This document shows, one piece after another, positions 19,296-28,126 of a stretch of 28,318 nucleotides of DNA (positions are counted from its first letter, which is position 1; every line of letters begins with the position of its first letter). Under the pieces are notes generated by a model. That model saw nothing but the letters and a program-made list of their open reading frames with translations. It ran no database searches and was not told the DNA's origin. A program made the translations under genes and the position numbers. The stretch spans positions 1 through 28,318 of IMG/VR virus record IMGVR_UViG_3300032305_002837. One strand, 5' to 3'. The DNA is from a virus. Taxonomy: Duplodnaviria > Caudoviricetes.

Positions 19296-19603
19296 AAAAG
19301 AACATAACTGACAAGATTGTTGGCTTGGAAAGAATTTATAGGGAAATACCTGATGATTTTGTGTTGCAAGAAGCCAGAATATTCTTGCGTAGAGCAATTA
19401 ATGAAATGAAAGAAATCCAAAGTAAAAGAGATAGAAGAGAAAAATTGCAACAAACTCAACAAATTCAAAGTAGCTATGCAAATCCTGAAGGAGCTAAAAT
19501 AGCATTGAAAGAAATTGATCGTCTTATTGCTTTGGAGAATAAAAAATTAGAAAAACCTGAAAAAGAAAATCCATCAGACAACGATCAGTTTTTGATCGGT
19601 TAA
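19292..19603 (+). CDS. Hypothetical coiled-coil protein
   Basis: ATGA overlap with the upstream gene, SD-like AGGT. Confidence 0.6.
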   Translation: MKKNITDKIVGLERIYREIPDDFVLQEARIFLRRAINEMKEIQSKRDRREKLQQTQQIQSSYANPEGAKIALKEIDRLIALENKKLEKPEKENPSDNDQFLIG

Positions 19604-20131
19604 AAGTTTACTTCCAAATTTTCTTTTTATTAAAGAAAAATAGTAATCACTCTTATTATCGAAACATTTTTCTATTTTTACTGAATATTCCTTTGGTTCT
19701 ACAAGAATTTGATCAAGATCAAGCCTTTTTTCAATATTGGTTAAAAGATTTGGAAAGTTTTTACCATTGTTGAAAAATATAATGCAATTTTCGCAATAAT
19801 GAAGCATTTCGTATATCCTGCGGAGTCTATAATTCACATAAGATGGATTTTTTTCTCCAATAATATCATCAAAATAAAATATAAAAAAATGTTTTTTTAA
19901 AACATTAGTAGAAGCTAATTCATAATTTTCCAAACAAATGTCATAAAACCAAGCACCACCAAATTTGTATTTATGGTTTTTTTGGAGATCAATAACATCA
20001 TGACAATTTAAATAAGTGTTCTTTATTGTGCTATCTTTTACGACTTTTTGTAATTTGGGATGCGAGGAAAGCGTTTTATCTAACTTGTTGTGAGAAGAGC
20101 CATGATAACTTATAATGAAAAAACTTTCCAT
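19574..20131 (-). CDS. Hypothetical protein, possibly a degenerate sulfotransferase fold
   Basis: Start reassigned to ATG 20131 (ACTAAATA 5 nt upstream); FFIISYHGSSHNKLDKTLSSHPKL resembles a sulfotransferase N-terminus lacking the RSG(T/S) loop. Confidence 0.5.
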   Translation of the reverse strand: MESFFIISYHGSSHNKLDKTLSSHPKLQKVVKDSTIKNTYLNCHDVIDLQKNHKYKFGGAWFYDICLENYELASTNVLKKHFFIFYFDDIIGEKNPSYVNYRLRRIYEMLHYCENCIIFFNNGKNFPNLLTNIEKRLDLDQILVEPKEYSVKIEKCFDNKSDYYFSLIKRKFGSKLLTDQKLIVV

Positions 20132-20242
20132 ATTATTATTTAGTTTTGTTTTGCTAATTTGACAAACTGTTTTTAACAGTAGCAAATTTTTAAAAAAAAG
20201 ACTAAATAACTTGATTAGATACATCAGGAATTAAGAGAAATT

Positions 20243-22780
20243 ATGCCTACGCCACTTTGGTCAGACATCTTTAAGACTTTCACTTATGCGTTTTCATCAG
20301 ACCCGCTAAGCAGAAAGCTACAATCTAAGGAGATTGTCGGTGCTGGTATTATCAGTCCCGATTCTATTCCCAGTATTTCTCCAGATGGATCTTATTGGAA
20401 TGGACAAGATAACAGACTTATTCGTCTTCGTGAAACGCAAGACTTTGTTGACTTGTCTACAGTAAGTAATAGAATTTCTAGATATAAAGAATATGAAAGA
20501 CTAAGAGCAGTTCCTGAAGTTGAAACATGTTTGACCATATTTTCTGATGAAGCATGCGTAGCAGGTAATACCAAGGTAGCTACACCTTTTGGATTTAAAA
20601 CAATCAAAACGCTAACAGAAGAAAATGCAAATGACAAATTTTTAGTTTATTGTTACGATTTTAAGAAAAAAGATTACACTTTAGGATGGGCACATCATCC
20701 AAGAAAAACCAAGACATCTGAGACGGTTGAATTGATTTTTGACAATGGTGGCAAAATAGAATGTACGCCAGATCACAAATTGCTTCTTCGCACAGGCGAA
20801 TGGATTCAAGCAGAAAATATTAAAGTTGGCGATAATTTGATGCCATTCTATCGTGAAAAGCCAAATTTAGAATATAACAAGCTTTTAAGTGGTCAATTCC
20901 CAAGAATTTTTACTTTTAACAATGGTTGGGTTACTGAAAGACAACTAGTTGACGAGTGGAGAACTAGCAAACCAATAGATAAATATCAAATTATAAATAT
21001 TTATACAAGATTAATTAATCAAGGCATGTCAATGGACAAAATTCTTGCCATGGTTGAAGAAACTTGGGTTACTGTTAAAGCCAGACTAAGGAAAGCTGGT
21101 TTCACTTACAAGGAACTTAAATATCTTTCTAAGAATAAAAGCGACAGCAGAAAAGTAATTGGTAAATTTAAAGGAATTAACCAAGATGTTTATGATTTAA
21201 CTGTTGAAGAACATCATAATTTTGCAACAGATCATACGATTGTTCATAATTGCCAAAAAGATGAATATGGCAATGTGTTGAAAATAGAAGCGGAAAATGA
21301 TGATGTCAGAAAAGAAGTTGAATTTCTTTTAATGTCTCGTCAAATGCTTAACTTCAACAAAAGAATATGGGCAGATTTCAAAAGTCTATTGATTTATGGC
21401 GATTTATTTTACGAACTTGTTACAGATCTTGACTCTCCAAATGAAGGCATTTTAAAAGTTCAAAGACTTCCTCCAGAAAGCATTTATAGAATAGAAACGA
21501 CAAAAGGCAAAGTGATTGAATTCCAGCAATCAAAAGAAGGACCAGATTACCAGTCATTAGTTCGTGCTCCTGTTACTGTTGCTAGTGATCAAGAAATACA
21601 AATGGCAACTGCTATTAGATTTGCTCCTGAGCAAATCGTTCACATGAGAATTAATGAAGATAGAAGGCAATTCTATCCATATGGAAGTTCAATTATTGAG
21701 CCAGCTAGAGGTCCAGCATATCAGCTTAGATTGATGGAAGACAGTATGTTGACATATCGTCTCGCAAGAGCGCCTGAACGCAGAGTGTTTTATATTGATG
21801 TTGGTCAACTTCCCGGTTTTAAAGCTGAGGCATTCATAGAAAGAATGAAAGATCAATTCCGTAAAAGAAAAATTAGCTTAAATCAAAATGGCTTCAGCGG
21901 ATCTTCTTCAGTGGAAGAAAGATATCAGCCACCTGCTGTTGAAGAAGATTATTGGATTCCAACTAGACCGAACTCAAATACTAGGATTGACACTTTACCG
22001 GGTGCCCAGAATTTGGGAGAAATTGATGATGCAATTTATTTTAGATTAAAATTAATGACAGCTCTTAACTTTCCTAAAAATTATCTAAATGTTGATGATC
22101 CTGCACAGAGTAAGATCACTTTGAGTTCACAAGATGTTAAATTTGCAAGAACAGTTGAACGATATCAAGCTTCTTTAGAAGATGGAATTTATGAAATTGC
22201 ACAAAGACATTTGCATATGCGTGGATTTCCGCCAGAAACATATGATGATCTGAAAATTTCAATGACTCCTCCAAGCGAATGGAGAGAACTTAGTAGAGCT
22301 GAAATTGTTAATAATAGGATTCAGAATGTAACAAGTCTTAAATCTGCTGGATTAATCAGTGATTATGACTTAATGCGTTTCTGGATGCATTATTCAGAAG
22401 AAGAAACCAAAGACATGCTTGCAAGAAGCAAATTGCAGAAACTTGAAGAAGCAAGGTTGCAAGTCTTGCAACAAAATCCTCAACTTCTTGGTGTTGGTAT
22501 TCCGGCTGGTGATGAAGAGCAGGTTGGAGCAACAGATAAAGGACCAAATAGTCAGCTTGAAGTTCCGGCAGAACCGCCACCACCAGAATTATCCCCAGAA
22601 GGAAGTCCTGCTGGAGCTGCACCACCAGAAATGGGGGCACCAGCACCTCCATCAGCACCTATGTCTGGAGGACCGCCCCTTCCAGAACCTAATGAAGAAG
22701 ACATTCTTAAGTATGATCTTCAAATTCAAGATTATGCTAGCGAAGAAGACAACGAAAGCCAAGATTATAGCATTGAGTAA
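20243..22780 (+). CDS. Portal protein, T4 gp20-like, interrupted by an intein
   Basis: YGSSIIEPA, LRLMEDSMLTYRLARAPERRVFYIDVGQLP..KAE, EEDYWIP, IDTLPGAQNLGEIDDAIYF, QDVKFARTV; ACTAAATA at 20201-20208. Confidence 0.93.
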   Translation: MPTPLWSDIFKTFTYAFSSDPLSRKLQSKEIVGAGIISPDSIPSISPDGSYWNGQDNRLIRLRETQDFVDLSTVSNRISRYKEYERLRAVPEVETCLTIFSDEACVAGNTKVATPFGFKTIKTLTEENANDKFLVYCYDFKKKDYTLGWAHHPRKTKTSETVELIFDNGGKIECTPDHKLLLRTGEWIQAENIKVGDNLMPFYREKPNLEYNKLLSGQFPRIFTFNNGWVTERQLVDEWRTSKPIDKYQIINIYTRLINQGMSMDKILAMVEETWVTVKARLRKAGFTYKELKYLSKNKSDSRKVIGKFKGINQDVYDLTVEEHHNFATDHTIVHNCQKDEYGNVLKIEAENDDVRKEVEFLLMSRQMLNFNKRIWADFKSLLIYGDLFYELVTDLDSPNEGILKVQRLPPESIYRIETTKGKVIEFQQSKEGPDYQSLVRAPVTVASDQEIQMATAIRFAPEQIVHMRINEDRRQFYPYGSSIIEPARGPAYQLRLMEDSMLTYRLARAPERRVFYIDVGQLPGFKAEAFIERMKDQFRKRKISLNQNGFSGSSSVEERYQPPAVEEDYWIPTRPNSNTRIDTLPGAQNLGEIDDAIYFRLKLMTALNFPKNYLNVDDPAQSKITLSSQDVKFARTVERYQASLEDGIYEIAQRHLHMRGFPPETYDDLKISMTPPSEWRELSRAEIVNNRIQNVTSLKSAGLISDYDLMRFWMHYSEEETKDMLARSKLQKLEEARLQVLQQNPQLLGVGIPAGDEEQVGATDKGPNSQLEVPAEPPPPELSPEGSPAGAAPPEMGAPAPPSAPMSGGPPLPEPNEEDILKYDLQIQDYASEEDNESQDYSIE
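20555..21250 (+). mobile_element. Intein (232 aa) in the portal protein
   Basis: SDEA|CVAGNTKV (block A), IECTPDHKLL (block B), VYDLTVEEHHNF (block F), IVHN|C (block G with +1 Cys). Confidence 0.93.
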
Positions 22781-22799
22781 AGTTAACGGAAACCAAGTC

Positions 22800-23126
22800 T
22801 TAGCCACCCATATTGGGTGGTAAATTGTTAGGTTTATCTAATGCGCCCTGCAATTGTCCTAGTCCTTCATCTTTTTCATTTTGTTTAATACCGTTTTGTA
22901 GATTTTGCATCATATTATTCAAATTATTATCTTTAACATCAGAAATAAACACTTTTGTGGCTTCCATAAACTTTTTAAAATAATTAGGATTATTCAAAAT
23001 AATATTAATTATTTCTTTTAATTCCATAACCTTTTTAACCATTTTATCTGGTACAACTTGTTGATTTTGATCGATATTTTCGTTATATCCAAATCTTTGC
23101 TTGATAAAATTGCTGAATGTTTGCAT
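22800..23126 (-). CDS. Small Asn/Gln-rich protein with CTS-like N-terminus
   Basis: MQTFSNFIKQRFGYNE...; SD GAAGGT; antisense orientation within the head module. Confidence 0.6.
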   Translation of the reverse strand: MQTFSNFIKQRFGYNENIDQNQQVVPDKMVKKVMELKEIINIILNNPNYFKKFMEATKVFISDVKDNNLNNMMQNLQNGIKQNEKDEGLGQLQGALDKPNNLPPNMGG

Positions 23127-23225
23127 GTTTACCTTCTTTTTTTATGAGCTACTGCATAGATATGAGTTAGGATTCAAAAAATTCTCACTTTATGTGAATT
23201 AAACATTGTTTTTTTGGGAGTAAAA

Positions 23226-25004
23226 ATGAAGAGAAAACTCATCGATTATGATGTCTTCAAGCAGATTGAGCGCAAATTTCTTCAGACAGCTGAAAAAGAA
23301 TTAAATGAAGCTGCCGATGCTATTGCCTCTGCTCTTGGTAAAGACAATATTGCTTTGTTTGGCATTACCGAAAACGAAGCTACTTTTGCCACTGATCAAG
23401 GCACACTGGTTCACGCAACTTATATTATTGATGATGCAAAGCTTTTGCTTGAAAACATCGAAGAATTAGTTGTTGATGAATCTTCACAAATCAATGAAGG
23501 CAAGAGGATTATTGATAGAATGGTTGATTCCATTCTTGACGAGAATAAAGGAAGCGCAAGCGACCTTTTCTCTAGCTATTTCAGCCTTCCTTATGTTCGT
23601 GTTAGTCTTCAAGAAGGTGTTATTAATGAAGCTAAGAAACACGGTAAAGGCAAGATTCCTCCTCAGCTTGCAGCTTATCTTAAGAAGAAATCAAAGAAAG
23701 GTAGCAAGAAGAGCAAAAAGAAGGATGACAAGCGAGATGAATTAGTCAAAAAGCATTCTTCAAAGAAGATGGCTAGCCTTGCAAAGAAAGCTAGTTCCAA
23801 ATCATTGAAGGAATGGGCAACTGTTTCTAAGAATATTTTTGATTATATTGACTTTAGAACTTTTGGCGCTCCTACTTTGAGTGAAACAGTTAAGGACAAG
23901 CTTGGTAATGTTATTACTTTGGCTGTTCCTCGTTCACAGCTTAAGAACGAAGCGAAGATTCTTTCTTTCAGCTGGAAAACTCTTAACACTGATGTTATGC
24001 ACCAAAGAGATCTTATGAGACTTCTGGGTCATAACGCTCATTGGGGTCTTGCATGCAAAGATATGAAGAGATGCAATGGTATGAGTGATGTATCAAAGCT
24101 TCAGGAAACAATTGAAAATGTAGTTTCCGCTTTCCCCGGTGTAATTTATTTAACCGAAAGCGAATTAGCTAAGTTGATTAATGACACATTGGTTAGAGAA
24201 AATGTCAAGAATTTTGATGATGATTCTTGCTTCTTCTTAGCTGAAGGTGTTCTTAGAACTTGCTATGACAATTACAAGGACAAAGTGAATCAGATATTCA
24301 AATTGGCTGATATGTTTGAATCTGATAGTTATGAAGGTTTCAAGCATGCTTCTCAAATCATGGTTGAAAAGCTTGATGAATCTGCTCACGCAGAAAAGAT
24401 GGCTTTTGAAGATACTTACAAGGCTCTTAACGGTCTTGCACATATCGCAGAACATTTTGGGGATGCTTCTATCAAGCATGAAATTGCTGGATACATGGGA
24501 GATATTGAGAATGCCTTGATTGGCAGAAAGTCTTTTGACCTTGATATTCTCGAAGAAGCAGCTGCTATGCTTAAAGCTGCCGCTAATCTTCCTATGAGTG
24601 GCGATTGGCATGTATCTGACAAAGTTGGTAATACTGTAACAGGTGATATCGAATCTATGTCAAGATACAGTAAAATTGATGGTACTCCCGGCAAGTATGC
24701 TTCAACAAGATCACCTTTCGTTAGCAATGGTAAGGCTTATGACAAGCAAGGTATTGAAGACCTTAAGCGTGGTTATTTGACTCATGATGGTTCTGACGTT
24801 TATCCAAATGTCAAGAATCCTTATGTACCCAAGGCTGGCGATTACAAGATTCATGGCGAAAAAACTATCGATTCCGACAGCGATGTTCTTGGTCATGACG
24901 ATGGTCCCGGAACTTGGGATAAGTTGAAAAATCCTTACATTCCATCGAATGGAATGACATTGGCTCATAGCTTCAAACTGCTCAAGGGCAGCGAAAGGGG
25001 TTGA
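23226..25004 (+). CDS. Large putative prohead core/internal protein
   Basis: Lies between portal and protease; GGGAG SD favours ATG 23226; many (I/L)xE sites (ELNE, QINE, SLQE, VINE, TLSE, KLDE); Lys-rich segment; function inferred from position. Confidence 0.6.
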   Translation: MKRKLIDYDVFKQIERKFLQTAEKELNEAADAIASALGKDNIALFGITENEATFATDQGTLVHATYIIDDAKLLLENIEELVVDESSQINEGKRIIDRMVDSILDENKGSASDLFSSYFSLPYVRVSLQEGVINEAKKHGKGKIPPQLAAYLKKKSKKGSKKSKKKDDKRDELVKKHSSKKMASLAKKASSKSLKEWATVSKNIFDYIDFRTFGAPTLSETVKDKLGNVITLAVPRSQLKNEAKILSFSWKTLNTDVMHQRDLMRLLGHNAHWGLACKDMKRCNGMSDVSKLQETIENVVSAFPGVIYLTESELAKLINDTLVRENVKNFDDDSCFFLAEGVLRTCYDNYKDKVNQIFKLADMFESDSYEGFKHASQIMVEKLDESAHAEKMAFEDTYKALNGLAHIAEHFGDASIKHEIAGYMGDIENALIGRKSFDLDILEEAAAMLKAAANLPMSGDWHVSDKVGNTVTGDIESMSRYSKIDGTPGKYASTRSPFVSNGKAYDKQGIEDLKRGYLTHDGSDVYPNVKNPYVPKAGDYKIHGEKTIDSDSDVLGHDDGPGTWDKLKNPYIPSNGMTLAHSFKLLKGSERG

Positions 25005-25005
25005 T

Positions 25006-25650
25006 GTGACTATGCTACTTGTGGACTGCTGTTCTAACGGCGGCATTCACATGGGTCTGAATGAGTCTACAACTGGTGGACTCACCAGATTTCGTGGGAA
25101 GTTTCAGCAAGCCGATGAAATTAACAAAAACAATAGATGCTACACTTACGGCGTTTTAAACAAAAACATGCAAGACTTAGTCGAATGCGTTAACGCAAGA
25201 GGTTTGGTCGGTGAATTAGACCATCCTTCAGATTCTATCATTCATTTTGAAAAAGCATCCCATGTCGTAACAAAGTTATGGTGGGAAGGCAAGTCCTTGA
25301 TGGGTGAGGGTGAAATCCTTAACACTCCACATGGTAAGATCCTAAAAGCTCTTATTAACGATGGTGTCCGTGTAGGAATTTCATCCAGAGGCGTTGGTAA
25401 CGGCACAACAAATGATAAAGGCGTGTTAATGATTACAGAATCATACAAGCTAATTACATTTGATGCTGTTGCTGATCCATCAACTTATCAGGCATTTCAA
25501 AGGAAAATTACGAAGGAAAATTATAATCCTAATAATTTTACCACAAAAAATGAAAGTAGAAGCATACATAGTGTTAATAAGGACGCACTTATAGCTTGCT
25601 TAGGTGGATTAATTAAGAATAAAACCAGTAACATAATAGGGAGACTGTGA
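25006..25650 (+). CDS. Prohead maturation protease, T4 gp21-like
   Basis: GKFQQADEINKNNRCY, GELDHP, ILNTPHGKIL, GISSRGVG, TFDAVADPS; start could be ATG 25012. Confidence 0.93.
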   Translation: MTMLLVDCCSNGGIHMGLNESTTGGLTRFRGKFQQADEINKNNRCYTYGVLNKNMQDLVECVNARGLVGELDHPSDSIIHFEKASHVVTKLWWEGKSLMGEGEILNTPHGKILKALINDGVRVGISSRGVGNGTTNDKGVLMITESYKLITFDAVADPSTYQAFQRKITKENYNPNNFTTKNESRSIHSVNKDALIACLGGLIKNKTSNIIGRL

Positions 25651-25651
25651 G

Positions 25652-26533
25652 ATGAACAAGATTTTTAATTCTTTGAAGAACCTTCTTCCAGCAGAACATA
25701 TTAACGAAGTTTCTCATGCTGTTAATGAAATGTTGGAAGAATCTAAGAAAGAAATGGAAGCTGAGTATAATAAGAATCTAGAAGAAGCTTATATGCAGCT
25801 TACCAGCGAACTTTCTCAAGCTGAAAAAACCGCCTATCATGGCTATAATGAGGCTTACGCAATCATTAACGACCTTCAAAACAGACTCGGAAATCAGAAA
25901 TCTGAATTCGAGAACGCTCTTGAAGAGGGTTATGAAGAAGCCTACCAGATGCTTCTTGCAGAAAGAAACAGCAAGAACAGCGTTGAAAGCGACCTATACG
26001 AAGAGTATGATGGTAAGCTTAAGGAAATGAAAGAATACATTGTTGACAAGGTTGACGAATTCCTCCAAGTCAAGGGTGTTGAAATTTACGAGCAGGCGAA
26101 GAGAGATCTTCTTGCTGATCCTCGTATTGTTGAACACAAAGTTGCACTCGATAAGATTGTTAATATCGCTTCTGATTACATCGCTGGCGATGAACAATTC
26201 TTCTCAACTTCCGGCAAGCTTGAAGAAGCTCGCAAGTCTACAGAAGATCTTAAGGGTCAGCTAAGAATCATGGAAGCAAGGAACATTCGTCTTTCAACTG
26301 AGAATACGAAGTTGAATGAAAGTGTTCGTAGAGCTTCTGAAGTCATTGGTGAACATCGTGTTGATCGCACAAGAAGAGTCATCAGTGAGCAGAAAGAGCG
26401 TGGTATGAAAGCAAGAGTTGCAAGCGGGAGAGGTCAGTTAGTAACTGAGAATGTTCAGGTTATTTCTGAATCAAACTCAGCGAATGTGGACAACGATCTT
26501 CTCGTTCTTTCAGGAGTCAAGAAATCTAAGTAA
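25652..26533 (+). CDS. Prohead scaffolding protein, T4 gp22-like
   Basis: Glu-rich coiled-coil protein between protease and MCP; YIVDKVDEFL. Confidence 0.75.
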   Translation: MNKIFNSLKNLLPAEHINEVSHAVNEMLEESKKEMEAEYNKNLEEAYMQLTSELSQAEKTAYHGYNEAYAIINDLQNRLGNQKSEFENALEEGYEEAYQMLLAERNSKNSVESDLYEEYDGKLKEMKEYIVDKVDEFLQVKGVEIYEQAKRDLLADPRIVEHKVALDKIVNIASDYIAGDEQFFSTSGKLEEARKSTEDLKGQLRIMEARNIRLSTENTKLNESVRRASEVIGEHRVDRTRRVISEQKERGMKARVASGRGQLVTENVQVISESNSANVDNDLLVLSGVKKSK

Positions 26534-26560
26534 GTTTTATAATAAAGAAAGGTAACTACA

Positions 26561-28018
26561 ATGAGTCTCAATTCAACTTATTTGAACGAAGCTAAAGAAC
26601 TGGAGAGCCGTTGGGCAAAAACTGGTCTTCTCAGGGGTATCGAAGATACTCATACCCGTGCTGCAACCGCAGTGCTTCTTGAGAACCAACGCCTAATGCT
26701 CGAAAGAGAAAAGCTATTTAACGAAGTGTCAACCGACACCGCAGATGTCGCACAGTTCAAGAGGATTTCAATTCCTCTCGTGCGCAGAATTTACCCACAG
26801 CTTATCGCTAACAAGATTGTAAGCGTTCAGCCACTACTCGGACCAACCGGTTTGGTGTACTATCTCCGTTTCCGTTATTCTTCCAACAAGGGTAGCGTTC
26901 GTGGAGCTAGCAACAACGGTGGTTTCCCCGGAGACGATATTAATTCACTCCAGCAGCTTGCTGATGGTACTGCTAACCTCGATGTTTATTATTCTTCACA
27001 GTTTATTAACAACGAATCAACCAGCATCGATGCAGGCGCAGATGTTAATAGCGTATTCAGCCCACTTGAACACACTCCAATCCTCGCAGGCACCATCACT
27101 GGTACTGTCTATGACGGTTCAACCGCTGTTCAGACATTCGTTGTCTCTTCAAACGGCACCTTCAGCTTTACCGCAATTGGTTCACCTACTAACAGAGCAA
27201 CAGCTGGTAGCATCGATCTTACCACTGGCGAATTCACACTCACTTGGGATAATGCACCCGGTCCAAACAACTGCACAATCTCTTATGAGTACAATATGGA
27301 GTGCAATCAGGATCTTCCTGAAATCAATCTCGTAATTGAATCAGAAGATATCGTTGCTAAGACCCGCAAGCTCAAGGCTGTATGGTCTTATGAAGCACAG
27401 CAGGATCTCCGTAGTCAGCACAATCTTGATGCTGAAGCTGAGTTGACCGCTGTTCTTGCACAGGAAATCAACCTCGAAATCGACCGTGAAGTTCTTGGTG
27501 ACCTTCGTAACAACGCAGGTACGGTTTCAGCTTGGGACTTCTCAACTGCAATCGGTCAGACCATCAAGGAAAAGTACGAAGCCCTTTATGTTAAGATCAT
27601 CGAAGTTTCTAACGTCATCCACAGAAAGACCCTCCGTGGCGGCGCTAACTTCATCGTGACCTCACCTGAAGTTGCTTCAATCTTCGAAACAGCAACCGCT
27701 GGTTTCGCTCCTGCTCCTTCTGAGACCTTCACAAGCTCACTCGGCGTTCAGTATGTCGGTACGGTCGCTAACCGTTATCGTCTATACAAAGATCCACTCT
27801 TCCCAAGCAATCAGTTGCTTATGGGTTATAAGGGCGACAGCTACATGGACAGCGGTTACTTCTACTGCCCATACGTTCCACTCACCCAGACCCCAGTTGT
27901 ACTCGACCCAGAGTCCTTCTGCCCAAGACGTGGTTTGCTTGTTCGATACGGAAAAAAGTTGTTACGAGAAGGTGCAAAGTTCTATGCCCGCTTATCAATT
28001 GCAAACTTCCGTGTGTAG
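26561..28018 (+). CDS. Major capsid protein, T4 gp23-like
   Basis: AVLLENQ, IPLVRRIYPQLIA..IVSVQPL.GPTG, AKTRKLKAVWSYEAQQDL, EINLEIDRE, GYFYCPYVPL; strongly biased codon usage. Confidence 0.96.
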   Translation: MSLNSTYLNEAKELESRWAKTGLLRGIEDTHTRAATAVLLENQRLMLEREKLFNEVSTDTADVAQFKRISIPLVRRIYPQLIANKIVSVQPLLGPTGLVYYLRFRYSSNKGSVRGASNNGGFPGDDINSLQQLADGTANLDVYYSSQFINNESTSIDAGADVNSVFSPLEHTPILAGTITGTVYDGSTAVQTFVVSSNGTFSFTAIGSPTNRATAGSIDLTTGEFTLTWDNAPGPNNCTISYEYNMECNQDLPEINLVIESEDIVAKTRKLKAVWSYEAQQDLRSQHNLDAEAELTAVLAQEINLEIDREVLGDLRNNAGTVSAWDFSTAIGQTIKEKYEALYVKIIEVSNVIHRKTLRGGANFIVTSPEVASIFETATAGFAPAPSETFTSSLGVQYVGTVANRYRLYKDPLFPSNQLLMGYKGDSYMDSGYFYCPYVPLTQTPVVLDPESFCPRRGLLVRYGKKLLREGAKFYARLSIANFRV

Positions 28019-28049
28019 TATTTAATCAAAAGATATCTCAAGGTATCAG

Positions 28050-28081
28050 AAACCCGGCTTATAGCCGGGTTTATTTTTTTT
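28050..28081 (+). terminator. Rho-independent terminator after the MCP gene
   Basis: AAACCCGGCT-TAT-AGCCGGGTTT 10-bp stem followed by A and 8 T. Confidence 0.9.
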
Positions 28082-28090
28082 ATGTGGTAT

Positions 28091-28126
28091 GAAAAAATTA
28101 GCCATAGAGAGACGAGCATAGAACCT
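28091..28126 (-). repeat. Inverted, diverged copy of the MCP 3' coding end
   Basis: Minus strand AGG TTC TAT GCT CGT CTC TCT ATG GCT AAT TTT (RFYARLSMANF) versus MCP 27977-28009 AAG TTC TAT GCC CGC TTA TCA ATT GCA AAC TTC (KFYARLSIANF). Confidence 0.85.

Noticed and set aside
22550-22690. GC-rich, repetitive-looking patch at the portal 3' end
   Set aside because: It is explained by a Pro/Ala/Gly-rich disordered tail, common in gp20-like portals.
23470-28025. Many short alternate-frame and antisense ORFs over the head genes (e.g. 24237-24611, 26901-27335, 27672-28025)
   Set aside because: They are expected by-products of biased codon usage in highly expressed genes and have no SD or motifs. 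The same applies to other nested ORFs in the track.
27979-28124. Invertible segment switching the MCP C-terminus through the shared 9-bp inverted core GTTCTATGC
   Set aside because: Flipping would give ...MANFFIPHKKNKPGYKPGF, reading through the terminator hairpin and losing the U-tract, and no recombinase is in the window. It is less plausible than the RNA or scar explanations, though read mapping could test it.
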